A DNA stretch of 64,000 nt from Candidatus Bathyarchaeota archaeon (GCA_963807605.1 CAWECG010000001.1:154620-218619), one strand, 5' to 3'. Counted from the first letter of the stretch, positions 20,055 through 30,140 are shown. The notes: a model not told the origin generated them from the sequence alone. Numbers and translations are program-made.

Positions 20055-21242
20055 TCAAAGACTGCTGGTATCGAGTTCGCATCTCTTATTATTACTTCGA
20101 CCCCAAGTTCCTTGAACCTGTTTTGCAGAGTATTCATAGTTGGTGAAGAAGATAGCGTGCCTATGAAGAGTATATTCTTTGCCTCGAATCTCCTGAGCAT
20201 TTCTGGTCATCAAGGCATCTGCGAACGTATCTCCCACGTAAGCTACAGTCCGACAATCCTTGCAGAATCCTTCTAGAAGAGCTACGAAGGCTCTTGCGTC
20301 TGGCTTCCCGAGAATTGAATTGGATTCCAAGTTTCTCGATGCTCTCATGATGTCCTCGTTGAAGAAAATAGCTCTCTCGTCGAAATAGCCAAGAAGGTTG
20401 TGTTTCTGCAGGATATAGATGCCTTCATTCCTGGGTCTTTCTGAGTACAGCGCCATAAGGCCAAATCTCGACCTCACCTTCTCCAATGTCTCAAAGGAGG
20501 GTATTCTCGTTTCGTTGTCTATCAGACCCTCACCGAAGTCAAAGAAAGGCTTCTTGCCAGAGAATTTTTGGTATAATGTCCGCCCCAAATATGTCTCATC
20601 GAACAACCTCCTGAGCAAATCCTCTCCATCGACACTGAATGGACAGAGGCTCTTCACATTCTCAAGCATGGGCTCACTCAAGGCCAAGTTTTGGCTGATC
20701 CCTTTCAAAATTGGGAGGGACATCTTCTCACTGAATGTCTCCGATAGACTGTTGAGGCCTAGTAGTGAATCGGACTTCATCCTCTCTAGGTATGGGATAT
20801 CTATCCCCATTTGTCCTGATTTCCCTCCTAAATCCCTCAGTCTGCTCACAATATTTCTTAGGTCTGAAGGAGAACGCACTTGATCCTCGTCAGCAGATGC
20901 AGGCTTAACCCAACCTTCGAGCAGGCGTACTATCAATCCCAAATAGTAAGTGATCAGCGCGTAAGTTAGATTCCAATCGTTATTGAAGGCACCAGTATTC
21001 TTCATCTTCTGAATGTCCTCTTGTGTTGCCAAGCGACCTTCTTGTCCCTTAAGTCCGACGAGTTCAAGAAAGAAGTAATCGACTGAACGGGCTATCGCTT
21101 GCCTGTATGAGTCTCTGTCTGAAACTATTACTCCGTCACAGTCAAAGATCAGCTTCTCAACTTCTAGGAGTAACGGGATTGCGTCGTCCCTGCATAGAGT
21201 CAGCTCATCACCGAGAGTATGGTATGACTGTCGGAGCTTCAA
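20055..21242 (-). CDS. HAD-superfamily hydrolase with large cap domain, embedded in the his operon. Candidate histidinol-phosphate phosphatase
   Basis: HAD motif I FDCDGVIV, motif III GKPDARAF and motif IV YVGDTFAD. 395 aa. It sits between hisB and hisC and overlaps the hisC stop, so it is translationally coupled. Confidence 0.65.
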   Translation of the reverse strand: MKLRQSYHTLGDELTLCRDDAIPLLLEVEKLIFDCDGVIVSDRDSYRQAIARSVDYFFLELVGLKGQEGRLATQEDIQKMKNTGAFNNDWNLTYALITYYLGLIVRLLEGWVKPASADEDQVRSPSDLRNIVSRLRDLGGKSGQMGIDIPYLERMKSDSLLGLNSLSETFSEKMSLPILKGISQNLALSEPMLENVKSLCPFSVDGEDLLRRLFDETYLGRTLYQKFSGKKPFFDFGEGLIDNETRIPSFETLEKVRSRFGLMALYSERPRNEGIYILQKHNLLGYFDERAIFFNEDIMRASRNLESNSILGKPDARAFVALLEGFCKDCRTVAYVGDTFADALMTRNAQEIRGKEYTLHRHAIFFTNYEYSAKQVQGTWGRSNNKRCELDTSSL

Positions 21243-22321
21243 ATTAGGATGCGCCTTAATTCCCGCAGGAACCTCTCATTCAGAGGCCGCGTCCCAACGG
21301 TAACCCTCAGACAGTTGCGAAGCAGAGGGATGCTCCCTCTGTCTTTTATCAGGACTCCTTTCTGCCTTAACTCAGACTGGATCTGTGATGACGTTTTTGC
21401 GCCCTCGACTCGAAATAGGATGAAGTTTGCGTCTGATGGGAATGGGGTTACCCCTCTAAGCTGTTGAAGTTGATCTCTCAGCCACTCTCTTTCTTTCTTG
21501 ACAGCCTCCCAACTTTTCTTGAAGTAATCGCATCTTCGAAGTGCTTCCACTGCTAATTGCTGTGCTACAGCGCTTACGTTGAACGGGTGGACGGTCTTCT
21601 TGATTCCGTCCACTAATTCCTGATCGGTTATGAGGTATCCGATCCTTACTCCAGCTAAACCATAGGCCTTAGAGAAGGTTCTGAGAACAACAAGGTTGTC
21701 ATATTGATCTGCCCACTTTAGAACAGAGTATCCTGAAAACTCTGCATAAGTCTCATCGATGACTATAGTTGTCTGGCATTTGCTAAGCAGTTCTTCTAAA
21801 TCTCTCTCCTCAAACTGGTTTCCCGTCGGGCTGTTAGGAGAACAGATGAAAAGAAGTCTAGCCTCACTAGAGGCTTTTATCAACGCATCCATGTCTAGGC
21901 TGAAATCTGGTTTGAGCCTGACCTCGACTTTCTGACCTCGACATAGCTGTGTATAATACGTGTACATGAAGAATGTCGGCTCAGCTACAACAACCACCGA
22001 TCCATTGTCTATTATAGTCCTAGTTAACCTGTCGAGAACATCATCTAGACCGTTCCCTACAAAGATACGTGATGCCTCTATATTGTAAAATTTCCCAATA
22101 GCCTCGACTGCAAGCCTCGCATGAGGCTCGGGATATTCTCTCGGGTCTATTCTCCTGAGTGCTGCACCGAACATCTTCGTCAATACTCCCTTCTCAATCA
22201 ATGGGTTCTCGTTTAGGCTCATTCTGACAAGGTCCGGAAGGGCTTCAGTTGGGAAGTCCTCATCAAGTCTGTAAGGAGATATCTCCAAGAGGTCCTCTCG
22301 GATTACTTCTCTGAATCGCAT
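21239..22321 (-). CDS. hisC: histidinol-phosphate aminotransferase
   Basis: Class II aminotransferase with PLP lysine in SKAYGLAG. 360 aa. Confidence 0.9.
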   Translation of the reverse strand: MRFREVIREDLLEISPYRLDEDFPTEALPDLVRMSLNENPLIEKGVLTKMFGAALRRIDPREYPEPHARLAVEAIGKFYNIEASRIFVGNGLDDVLDRLTRTIIDNGSVVVVAEPTFFMYTYYTQLCRGQKVEVRLKPDFSLDMDALIKASSEARLLFICSPNSPTGNQFEERDLEELLSKCQTTIVIDETYAEFSGYSVLKWADQYDNLVVLRTFSKAYGLAGVRIGYLITDQELVDGIKKTVHPFNVSAVAQQLAVEALRRCDYFKKSWEAVKKEREWLRDQLQQLRGVTPFPSDANFILFRVEGAKTSSQIQSELRQKGVLIKDRGSIPLLRNCLRVTVGTRPLNERFLRELRRILI

Positions 22322-22323
22322 TT

Positions 22324-23631
22324 TCAGACACCTCTAGCCTTTATAGATTCGGAGTGGGCCCGCAGGTTCTCGATCTCGGCCAGCGTCACTGTAGTCTTAG
22401 CTAGTCTCTTCAATCCCTCTTTCGAGCAACGAACATAGCTAATAGTCTTGACAAAATCTTTGACTGAAAGCCCGGAGTAGTTCTTGGCGGATCCGCCTGT
22501 TGGCAGGACGTGGTTTGTTCCTGCAGAGTAGTCGCCAACAGCGACTGGTGAGTATTGCCCCAAGAATATGAGGCCTGCATTTCTTATTTGTGGAAATAGT
22601 CTGGATGCATCTCGAGTCATGATGACTACATGTTCAGGTGCGATCAGATTTGTGAGTGTTGTGGCCTCTTCGAGATCGTCAACAATTATTATGATCCCCT
22701 TTTTGTCCAATGCGATTCTCGCGGTTTCGGATCCGAGGCCAATCTTAAGATTCTCACCTACTCTTTCTCTAACTTCGTTTGCGATTCTTTCGGAGCTGGT
22801 TAGCAGGATGCAAGTCGCGTTTTCATCGTGTTCGGCCTGCGCCAACAGGTCTGATGTAATGAATCGTGTGTTTGCGCTATCGTCTGCTATGATTAGTATC
22901 TCGCTTGGACCAGCGGGGAGATCCACCGAGACGCGTTCGCTCAAGAGTTGCTTGGCGGCTGTCACGTAAATGTTTCCTGGGCCGACTATTTTTTCTACTG
23001 GACTTATCGTCTTGGTGCCGTAGGCCATCGCTGCAATAGCTTGTGCTCCACCGACGCAGAATATTTCGTCTACCCCTGCGATATCTGATGCCACAAGGAT
23101 ATACGGGTTAAACTTTCTTTTCGGGGATGGTGGGCTACACACAACAATCCTTTCAACTCCAGCTATCTTGGCAGGAATAGCACACATCAAGACTGACGAG
23201 GGATAGGAGGTCTTTCCCCCTGGGGCATAGATGCCAACTGATGATACTGGTCTTGTAGAAACCCCGAGTGTGACGCCTCCGCTAGACTGTTCAAATGCTA
23301 TGCGGCTGAACTGCATTTTGTGAAATCGCTTAATGTTAGAAGCCGCCTTTCTCAGTGCTCTGACTTCGACTTCTCGAGTTAGACTGTATGCTGCATCGAC
23401 GTCTTCTCGTGTAGCTCTTATCGTGCAAGAATCTAACCTTACCCCATCGAACTTTTGAGTGAACTCAAATAGAGCCTCATCACCGCGTGTTGATATCGAT
23501 TCGATTATGCCTTTGACATCTTCAGCCACACTTTCGAGTTCCAGTCGGCCTCTGTTGAGAATCTCATCGAGCAACTGGCCTTTCAATTCCCTAGATCTTA
23601 TTAAACGCATAATAATGAGCCTTCTAACCAA
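22324..23631 (-). CDS. hisD: histidinol dehydrogenase
   Basis: HisD Zn/NAD motifs. 435 aa, though the start may be an internal Met. Confidence 0.9.
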   Translation of the reverse strand: MVRRLIIMRLIRSRELKGQLLDEILNRGRLELESVAEDVKGIIESISTRGDEALFEFTQKFDGVRLDSCTIRATREDVDAAYSLTREVEVRALRKAASNIKRFHKMQFSRIAFEQSSGGVTLGVSTRPVSSVGIYAPGGKTSYPSSVLMCAIPAKIAGVERIVVCSPPSPKRKFNPYILVASDIAGVDEIFCVGGAQAIAAMAYGTKTISPVEKIVGPGNIYVTAAKQLLSERVSVDLPAGPSEILIIADDSANTRFITSDLLAQAEHDENATCILLTSSERIANEVRERVGENLKIGLGSETARIALDKKGIIIIVDDLEEATTLTNLIAPEHVVIMTRDASRLFPQIRNAGLIFLGQYSPVAVGDYSAGTNHVLPTGGSAKNYSGLSVKDFVKTISYVRCSKEGLKRLAKTTVTLAEIENLRAHSESIKARGV

Positions 23632-23765
23632 CGAAGGGAAGTTCCAAGGTTGACCTAATAAGCTGGTTTTTGAGACTTAAAGTTCATTGGGAGCATCTAT
23701 GTCGGTCGAACTTCACGACTTCGTAGTCGCCCCGAATACAAATCTGGCACACGGGTCGGTTGAGA

Positions 23766-24614
23766 ATGGCTGGTAAGATCACGATAGCATATCTGGGCCC
23801 TAAAGGGACCTTTACTGAACAAGCTGCAAGAACATTCTTTCCAGGTCCTCATGAGTTCATGGATTGCAGAGATATTCCGGAGATCTTCAGTGCGGTGACA
23901 TCTAACGTCGCCGAATATGGAGTTGCGCCTGTTGAGAACTCTATCGAAGGTTCTGTCAGGATAGCTTTAGACCTCCTCCTAGAATCTGACATCAAAGTCA
24001 CTGGTGAAATTGAGCAACGGATAGTCCACCATCTTATAGCTGATGAAAGTGTTGAGATCTCAACAATACGGGCAGTGGTCTCACATCCGCAGGTATTCCC
24101 CCAATGTAGGAACTTCTTGAGGGAAAGACTCCCAAAAGCCGAGTTAGTAGAAGTCGGGAGTACAGCAGCAGCGGTCAAGTCGGTTAGAGGAACCAAAGAC
24201 GTGGCCGCTATTGGCAGTGAACTGGCTGCCAAGATATATGGCATGAAGATACTCGTGAGAGGCATAGAAGATAATCCTAACAACTCCACCAGGTTTTTTG
24301 TTCTCGGATATAGAGTGGCGAATAGAACTGGAAACGATAAGACTTCGATAATCTTCTCGACAAAGCATGCTCCAGGAGCGCTCTATGAAGCCCTTGGGGT
24401 CTTTGCCAAGAGAAAAATCAACCTTACGAAGATCGAGTCTAGGCCAACACGGAAAACGCCTTGGGAATATGTGTTCTACTGCGATTTTGAAGGACACCAG
24501 GAGGAGAGACTAATCCAAGATACTCTAAACGAACTCAAAGACAAGACGATTCTCCTTAAGATCTTCAGGATCATACCCCAAAGCGAGGAATTAGCTCAGT
24601 ATTTTTTTCACTGA
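23766..24614 (+). CDS. pheA: prephenate dehydratase with C-terminal ACT domain
   Basis: IAYLGPKGTFTEQA...ESRP PDT motifs and a C-terminal ACT domain. ATG at 23766 is in frame with the track ORF. Confidence 0.85.
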   Translation: MAGKITIAYLGPKGTFTEQAARTFFPGPHEFMDCRDIPEIFSAVTSNVAEYGVAPVENSIEGSVRIALDLLLESDIKVTGEIEQRIVHHLIADESVEISTIRAVVSHPQVFPQCRNFLRERLPKAELVEVGSTAAAVKSVRGTKDVAAIGSELAAKIYGMKILVRGIEDNPNNSTRFFVLGYRVANRTGNDKTSIIFSTKHAPGALYEALGVFAKRKINLTKIESRPTRKTPWEYVFYCDFEGHQEERLIQDTLNELKDKTILLKIFRIIPQSEELAQYFFH

Positions 24615-24647
24615 GTAAACTCCAAATGATCTACAAGTCTTTGCGGC

Positions 24648-25088
24648 TTATCCTTTTTTTCTATGAGTGACTTTTTCGATTGCGTTTTGCAGTTTTCGCG
24701 GCTCGGCAGAATACAGTCTTATGAACTCGCCTCTTCTTGGACGGAAGACCGAGACATAACCTCGTTTCTCGTTTACTTTAGCAAGGTAGTTGGACTTCAA
24801 GGGAATGAGCCTTTTCCCTTCTGAGTCAATTCCTGTTGACAGGACTCTGTAACGACTGGGTATTATCAAGATGGGAGAAGGGAGAAGTAGGACGGAGAGG
24901 ATCAGAAATACGATCATTGATATCAGAAGGTTCCCGACATGGAAGACTACTACTTGAACAAAGACGACCACATAAAGAGTCAAGATATCCAGCAGGAAAA
25001 TGAGGATTGCCCTTAGGATTCTTCTATTACGGTCGGCTAATTTTAGGTCCGTTGAATCAGTCTGGTACAGGACATCCTTATCCGTCAT
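24648..25088 (-). CDS. hypothetical membrane protein (2 TM plus a PH-like C-terminal domain)
   Basis: 146 aa, with hydrophobic helices followed by a soluble domain. No catalytic motif. Confidence 0.35.
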   Translation of the reverse strand: MTDKDVLYQTDSTDLKLADRNRRILRAILIFLLDILTLYVVVFVQVVVFHVGNLLISMIVFLILSVLLLPSPILIIPSRYRVLSTGIDSEGKRLIPLKSNYLAKVNEKRGYVSVFRPRRGEFIRLYSAEPRKLQNAIEKVTHRKKG

Positions 25089-25379
25089 TAGGTTAACCTG
25101 CTATTGAATGGTTCATAGCTGTGTCTTTTGCGGACAGAAAAACTTTCTTGACAATCACTCCTATCGCAATCCAAGACCTGTAGTAATAGGAAACGATTTG
25201 ATTTAATAGTCGAAACATGATGGCTTATTCGTCTACTCTAAATGAACATGGGAACCTAATATCGGAACTTTGAGAGTCATCTGCTATTTGTTTTCATTGT
25301 CCCCCCGAGGCAAGCTTAAATAGAGTGGTAGATTCTAAAAGCAAGAAATCTGCAACATTTCTTGGATTGGGTGCTAGGT

Positions 25380-25829
25380 TTGGCCAGAATGTACACAAGC
25401 AAGCGAGGAAGATCCAGCTCCACTAGACCAATCAGCAAGAAACCTCCAAGTTGGTGCAAATACCGGGAAGAAGAGGTAGAAGCGATAATAATGAAACTTT
25501 CAAAGCAGGGAAACAATCCAAGTACAATAGGCACTATTCTCAGAGATACCTACGGCATACCGCTTGCTAGATCGATAACCGGAAGGAAGATGGGACTGAT
25601 TCTGTCACAGTCACAACTTTCTTCCACCATTCCTGAAGACCTTCAGATCCTTCTCGAGAAGGCTAAGGCGCTCGCCAAGCATCTTGAAAGGAATAGGCAG
25701 GACTCCGTCAACAAGCACGGCCTCACCCATGTTGAATCAAAAATACATAGACTCGTAAAATTCTACAAGTCTGAGGGAATCTTGCCAAAAGACTGGAAAT
25801 ACACCCACGTCGCAGCATCCGTCGAATAG
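25380..25829 (+). CDS. rps15: 30S ribosomal protein S15 (uS15, eukaryotic S13 family)
   Basis: N-terminus MARMYTSKRGRSSS...W matches archaeal S15P. TTG 25380 is in frame with the track ORF. About 150 aa. Confidence 0.85.
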   Translation: MARMYTSKRGRSSSTRPISKKPPSWCKYREEEVEAIIMKLSKQGNNPSTIGTILRDTYGIPLARSITGRKMGLILSQSQLSSTIPEDLQILLEKAKALAKHLERNRQDSVNKHGLTHVESKIHRLVKFYKSEGILPKDWKYTHVAASVE

Positions 25830-26098
25830 AAGGTCTTCTTAACGCATGCTCTCCAGAGCCTACTATAGGTAGCAATTTTAACCTCGCCACTGTAGCCGTA
25901 TTCATGGTTATTCTTTCTAAAACAGCATGTACTAGCTGCCGTTATGAGGATGCCTTATGTTCTGCTCGCAAACGGAACTATACGGATGGTCATTGTTTCC
26001 ATCGTGAAAAGATGGAAGATCAGGCAAATGCCTGGCTTTCGGGGACTAGTGAGGCTAAGACATGGGGAAAGGTGAAGGAGAGCGTACGTTTATGATCA

Positions 26099-26599
26099 TT
26101 ACTTCCCCGTTTGACTTATTCCCAGTTTCTTAGCTAATTCAGCAGTTTCGTCGTCGCTCATCCAGAACACCTTGAGGTAGTTGTAGATCTCCAAGTCACT
26201 CATCCCGATTTGTCTGGCCTCTTGAACCGTGCACTTGTAAGCCTCGATCTCCGTGGGTCTGTCCACATATTCGAAGCTGTCGTTGAAAAGCTCATTACCC
26301 TTCAAAAACTGCTTCACGTGGACCAACTCATGAATCAAATCCAAGTAGATCTCCTCTACATTACCATGCTTCAGGTAGTACGTACTGACGATCAAGTGAC
26401 CGTCCTCATCGCTTACCCCCATATACCCGTATCTTGACGAAAAGAACTCGACCTTCAGGTTGCGAAGCACCTCTTCAGTCTTATCGCCGAAAATGCGTCT
26501 AACCGCCTCAGCCTTCTCAAAGCCCTTAAAGTGATCAGAGAATCTGTACAGCGCCACCTTGACAGTTCGAGGAATCTCGACATCAGGCATATTCTTCAT
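26099..26599 (-). CDS. hypothetical protein with HExxH (HELVH) zinc-metallopeptidase-like motif
   Basis: 166 aa with HELVHVKQ...E motifs. No TM segment. Family not recognised. Confidence 0.4.
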   Translation of the reverse strand: MKNMPDVEIPRTVKVALYRFSDHFKGFEKAEAVRRIFGDKTEEVLRNLKVEFFSSRYGYMGVSDEDGHLIVSTYYLKHGNVEEIYLDLIHELVHVKQFLKGNELFNDSFEYVDRPTEIEAYKCTVQEARQIGMSDLEIYNYLKVFWMSDDETAELAKKLGISQTGK

Positions 26600-26900
26600 G
26601 AATTGTCTTCCTCAACCTTGATGAACACAAATCTCAGGTTCTGTAGGTTCCTTCTTCAGAAGAAACTAATGAGACTATGGATTGCTCCATGAGGTTCCTT
26701 CCCCAGCTTGGAAGGGGATCCTGCGCTGTGGATCTCTGGAGTCTTAAACACACAAGTTACAATACATATCTTTTAAAATGGGTCGACTGATAGTTCGCCA
26801 GCCACTTTACAACAGCCAGATCGCCAAACATGTGACGTTTGACCGACCAGGATCCCGCAAAATACAGATATAGCGTAGATGAGGAGTTCGTTGAACAGGA

Positions 26901-28331
26901 ATGCTTGATTCTCATAAGAAGCTCATAGACGAAGCTGAACGAGCTGCCGAGAAGATCAAAGATAACATATCTGAAGGATCTCGTATTGCGGTCGGTTGTC
27001 ACTTCGATGCTGACGGACTGGCTGCCGCCGGAATATTGGTGAAAGCGCTTTACAGAGCAGGTGCATCGTTTCATTTGAGGGTCTTGAAGCAGCTTGACCC
27101 GCAGGACATCGAGTTCTTTTCCAAATCCGCCTCTGATGCAGTGATCCTTGCGGACATCGGAAGTGGCTATCTTGATCTTCTGAAGGATCTAGCGAACTCA
27201 AAGGACGTCTTTGTCTTAGACCATCACCAAATCAATGGCGAGAACTTTGGGAGGCTCATACACGTCAACCCGCATCTATCAAACCTCGATGGAGGAAAAG
27301 AAGTGAGCGGCGCCGGAGTCTCCTACACAGTGGTAAAAGCGTTGGACCAGCAAAACATCGACCTGTCTCCCTTGGCGGTTGTAGGAGCTGTAGGAGATAT
27401 GCAGGATAAAAATGAAGGGAGAACACTTCGTGGATTCAATTCGCTTATAGTGGAAGATGCCGTCAAGTCAGGTCTTCTCAAAGTTGAGACGGACTTGATA
27501 ATCTACGGAAGAGAGACGAGGCCAGTCCACAAGGCTCTATCACATACAGTGAATCCATTTCTTCCCGGGCTGAGTGGACAGGAAGACAACTGTTTCGCAT
27601 TACTATCTTCATTGTCGATACCAATTAAGGTCGGCGACAGATGGAGAACTGTGGTTGAACTCTCTAGTGATGAAAAGAAGAAGATACTATCGGCTATAGT
27701 TGAAAAGATCACCTCTGGCGGTCTTTCAGGAGCCGTTGTCATGAACTTGATCGGAAGCGTCTATACGCTTCTTGGAGAAGAAAATTGGACTCCTACACGT
27801 GACGCGAGAGAATATGCCACATTGCTAAACTCCTGTGGAAGAATGGGCCATCCGTCGATTGCGATAGCTGTATGCATGGGAGAGCGAGGCCCTACAATCG
27901 CTGAAGCCAACAAGATCCTTTCAGAACATCGAAAAGCTCTGGCGACGTATATGACTTTGATAACAGAGAAGCCGTCTTCCGTAGAGAGTCTCGGGAGACT
28001 TTCTGTAATTCATGGTGAGGAGTATTTAAACGAGAATATGACTGGAGCTGTATCCTCCTTGCTGTCGTCATCTGAGACATTTGCTCCAGGCAAAGTGATC
28101 ATTGTTTGCGCCAAGACGAGAAATGGCGAGATAAAGATCTCAGCTAGAGCCACCGCGAAGATGGTTGAAAAAGGGGTAAACCTGGGTCACTCCCTCCAAC
28201 ATATCGCCGAGAAATACGGAGGAATTGGTGGCGGCCACAAAATTGCAGCCGGTGCCCAGATTCCTCAGCAGAGATTGAAGGAATTCCTCAAAGAACTCAG
28301 CGATGAGCTATCAAGGTTGCTTCAAGAGTGA
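26901..28331 (+). CDS. RecJ-like DHH/DHHA1 phosphoesterase (archaeal GAN/Cdc45-like nuclease)
   Basis: DHH motifs (HFDADG, DHH) and a C-terminal DHHA1 motif GGGHKIAAGA. 476 aa, a size typical of archaeal GAN. Confidence 0.75.
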   Translation: MLDSHKKLIDEAERAAEKIKDNISEGSRIAVGCHFDADGLAAAGILVKALYRAGASFHLRVLKQLDPQDIEFFSKSASDAVILADIGSGYLDLLKDLANSKDVFVLDHHQINGENFGRLIHVNPHLSNLDGGKEVSGAGVSYTVVKALDQQNIDLSPLAVVGAVGDMQDKNEGRTLRGFNSLIVEDAVKSGLLKVETDLIIYGRETRPVHKALSHTVNPFLPGLSGQEDNCFALLSSLSIPIKVGDRWRTVVELSSDEKKKILSAIVEKITSGGLSGAVVMNLIGSVYTLLGEENWTPTRDAREYATLLNSCGRMGHPSIAIAVCMGERGPTIAEANKILSEHRKALATYMTLITEKPSSVESLGRLSVIHGEEYLNENMTGAVSSLLSSSETFAPGKVIIVCAKTRNGEIKISARATAKMVEKGVNLGHSLQHIAEKYGGIGGGHKIAAGAQIPQQRLKEFLKELSDELSRLLQE

Positions 28332-28582
28332 ATATAACAATCAATATCCGCCTTCGAAACACACGATTGGCTAAGGCCCTCGCAAAGGCTCTTGAACCTG
28401 ATAATACGCTTGCTCCGTCAACACTGAGTGTAAAGACTTGGGCAAAGAAGGACATTGCAACAACATCGATAACCTGTAGAAAGAGCCTTGAAACATTCAT
28501 AGCAACCATAGATGACTTACTATTGTGTGCGGATGCGGCACATAAGACGCTGGAGGATGTTGAAACTGGTAAACGAGCTTAG
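28328..28582 (+). CDS. probable KEOPS subunit Pcc1-like small protein
   Basis: 84 aa with a Pcc1-like pattern, NITINIRL...AKALAKALEPDN...ATIDDLL. GTG start overlaps the upstream stop. Confidence 0.4.
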   Translation: MNITINIRLRNTRLAKALAKALEPDNTLAPSTLSVKTWAKKDIATTSITCRKSLETFIATIDDLLLCADAAHKTLEDVETGKRA

Positions 28583-28583
28583 G

Positions 28584-30140
28584 ATGTGCGCAAAGATCCT
28601 ACTGAGGTTTAGTGGAGATATCGAAAAGGCAAAAGAATCAATTGGCGAAGCGATTGAAGAAGCAAACAAGACAATCTTGATCAAAGGCGCACCCCAAAAT
28701 CAGGAAGCCGAGGCTGCAAGAATAATCACTTGGAATGTTAAAGGCTCGTCTCTAGAATTGGAGATCGATTCAGGGAGACTCGTCAGGGCAACCACTGCCG
28801 CCCTTAGGCTGCAAAAATTCTTGGGAAACATCTTAGGCAGAGACTTCAAGATTGGGATACGGGAGCTGAAGGCTGAGACGATTGAATTCTCGATTCAAAG
28901 CGATCATGAAATTGATCGCGAAGTAATTAATCGAATAAAAGCGATTCCAAATATCTCAAGTGTCAAGCATGAGGCTAACAGGGTAAGGATAACAATTGGC
29001 CAGATGAGTGAACACGATCTAAAGAACAACGTCCCTGACAGGCTCATAGCCAGGGCCAAGGATCTCTTGGTCAGCGCTCCAAAACCACTCACCCCCTTCC
29101 AACCGGTTCTTGTTGTAAAGAGGGGCGAGGTCAAAAAGGCGAGATTTGACAAAGATCCGATGCAGGTCGCCATAAATTTAGGATGGATCAAAGAATTCCC
29201 TGGACGCGGACAATGGATCTACACAACTCCCTACGCCCAGCTATTCGAGATCATAAGGGATAGTCTCATTGACGAAGTCGCAACTCATCTAGGCTTTCAA
29301 CCATTCATGCTTCCCAAACTGATACCATTAGAGATCATGAGGAAGATGCCAGGATACCTCGATGATATCCCTGAAGGAATGTACTATTGCTTTCCTCCTC
29401 CAAGAGACCCAGAAGCCTTCAGCACATTCAAGGAGACTCTGAAGCTTACAAAGGAGATATCCAAGGAGGAACTCAAGAAGGCCCTCAAAGATCCAGAGTA
29501 TGTGCTTGCTCCAGCCCAATGTGAACCATTCTGGCAGTTCTACGGAAAGGAGACCTTGAATCAGGACGATTACCCATACAAGCTCTACGACACCTCGGGC
29601 TGGACTTACAGATGGGAGGGAGGTGGGGTAGAAGGTATGGTGAGAGTACATGAATTTCAGAGGATCGAACTGACGTACCTCGGTACTCCAAAACAGGTGA
29701 TCGAGATTCGAGACGCCGTACTGGACAGGCTACTCAATGTTGCGGACAGAACACTTGATATGGAATGGAGGGTGACAGCGGCGATACCCTTCTGGGCACG
29801 TGAAGGAACCATAGAAATGAATATTCAAGACAGCGCGGAAGTACCTGCGTACGATCTTGAGATATATCTGCCATACAGAGGAGCCAGAGAGACATCCGAG
29901 TGGCTCGAAGTTGCGGGATGCTTCGTACACAAACTGAAATTCGTGGACAGCTTCGGTATACGCGAGATCAAGAATAGAGAGACCTGGACAGGATGCTCGG
30001 GCCTCGGCTTGACACGATGGGTCGCGGCCTTCCTGGCAACTCATGGCTTTGAACCAGAAGACTGGCCAAAGAATGTACAAGCCAACTTCAATGAGAATTA
30101 CAGGTTGCCCAAGAGTCTGCTCTGGCCACCGAAAAGATAA
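28584..30140 (+). CDS. serS: atypical (methanogen-type, zinc-dependent) seryl-tRNA synthetase
   Basis: Class II aaRS motif 2 (GMVRVHEFQRIE) and motif 3 (GCSGLGLTRW). The N-terminal domain is non-coiled-coil. Strings such as GRGQWIY, MYYCFPP, CEPFWQ and LPYRG match, from memory, the Methanosarcina-type SerRS with its Cys/Glu/Cys Zn site. Start inferred at ATG 28584, immediately after the pcc1-like stop; the track ORF starts at 28512. Confidence 0.6.
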   Translation: MCAKILLRFSGDIEKAKESIGEAIEEANKTILIKGAPQNQEAEAARIITWNVKGSSLELEIDSGRLVRATTAALRLQKFLGNILGRDFKIGIRELKAETIEFSIQSDHEIDREVINRIKAIPNISSVKHEANRVRITIGQMSEHDLKNNVPDRLIARAKDLLVSAPKPLTPFQPVLVVKRGEVKKARFDKDPMQVAINLGWIKEFPGRGQWIYTTPYAQLFEIIRDSLIDEVATHLGFQPFMLPKLIPLEIMRKMPGYLDDIPEGMYYCFPPPRDPEAFSTFKETLKLTKEISKEELKKALKDPEYVLAPAQCEPFWQFYGKETLNQDDYPYKLYDTSGWTYRWEGGGVEGMVRVHEFQRIELTYLGTPKQVIEIRDAVLDRLLNVADRTLDMEWRVTAAIPFWAREGTIEMNIQDSAEVPAYDLEIYLPYRGARETSEWLEVAGCFVHKLKFVDSFGIREIKNRETWTGCSGLGLTRWVAAFLATHGFEPEDWPKNVQANFNENYRLPKSLLWPPKR

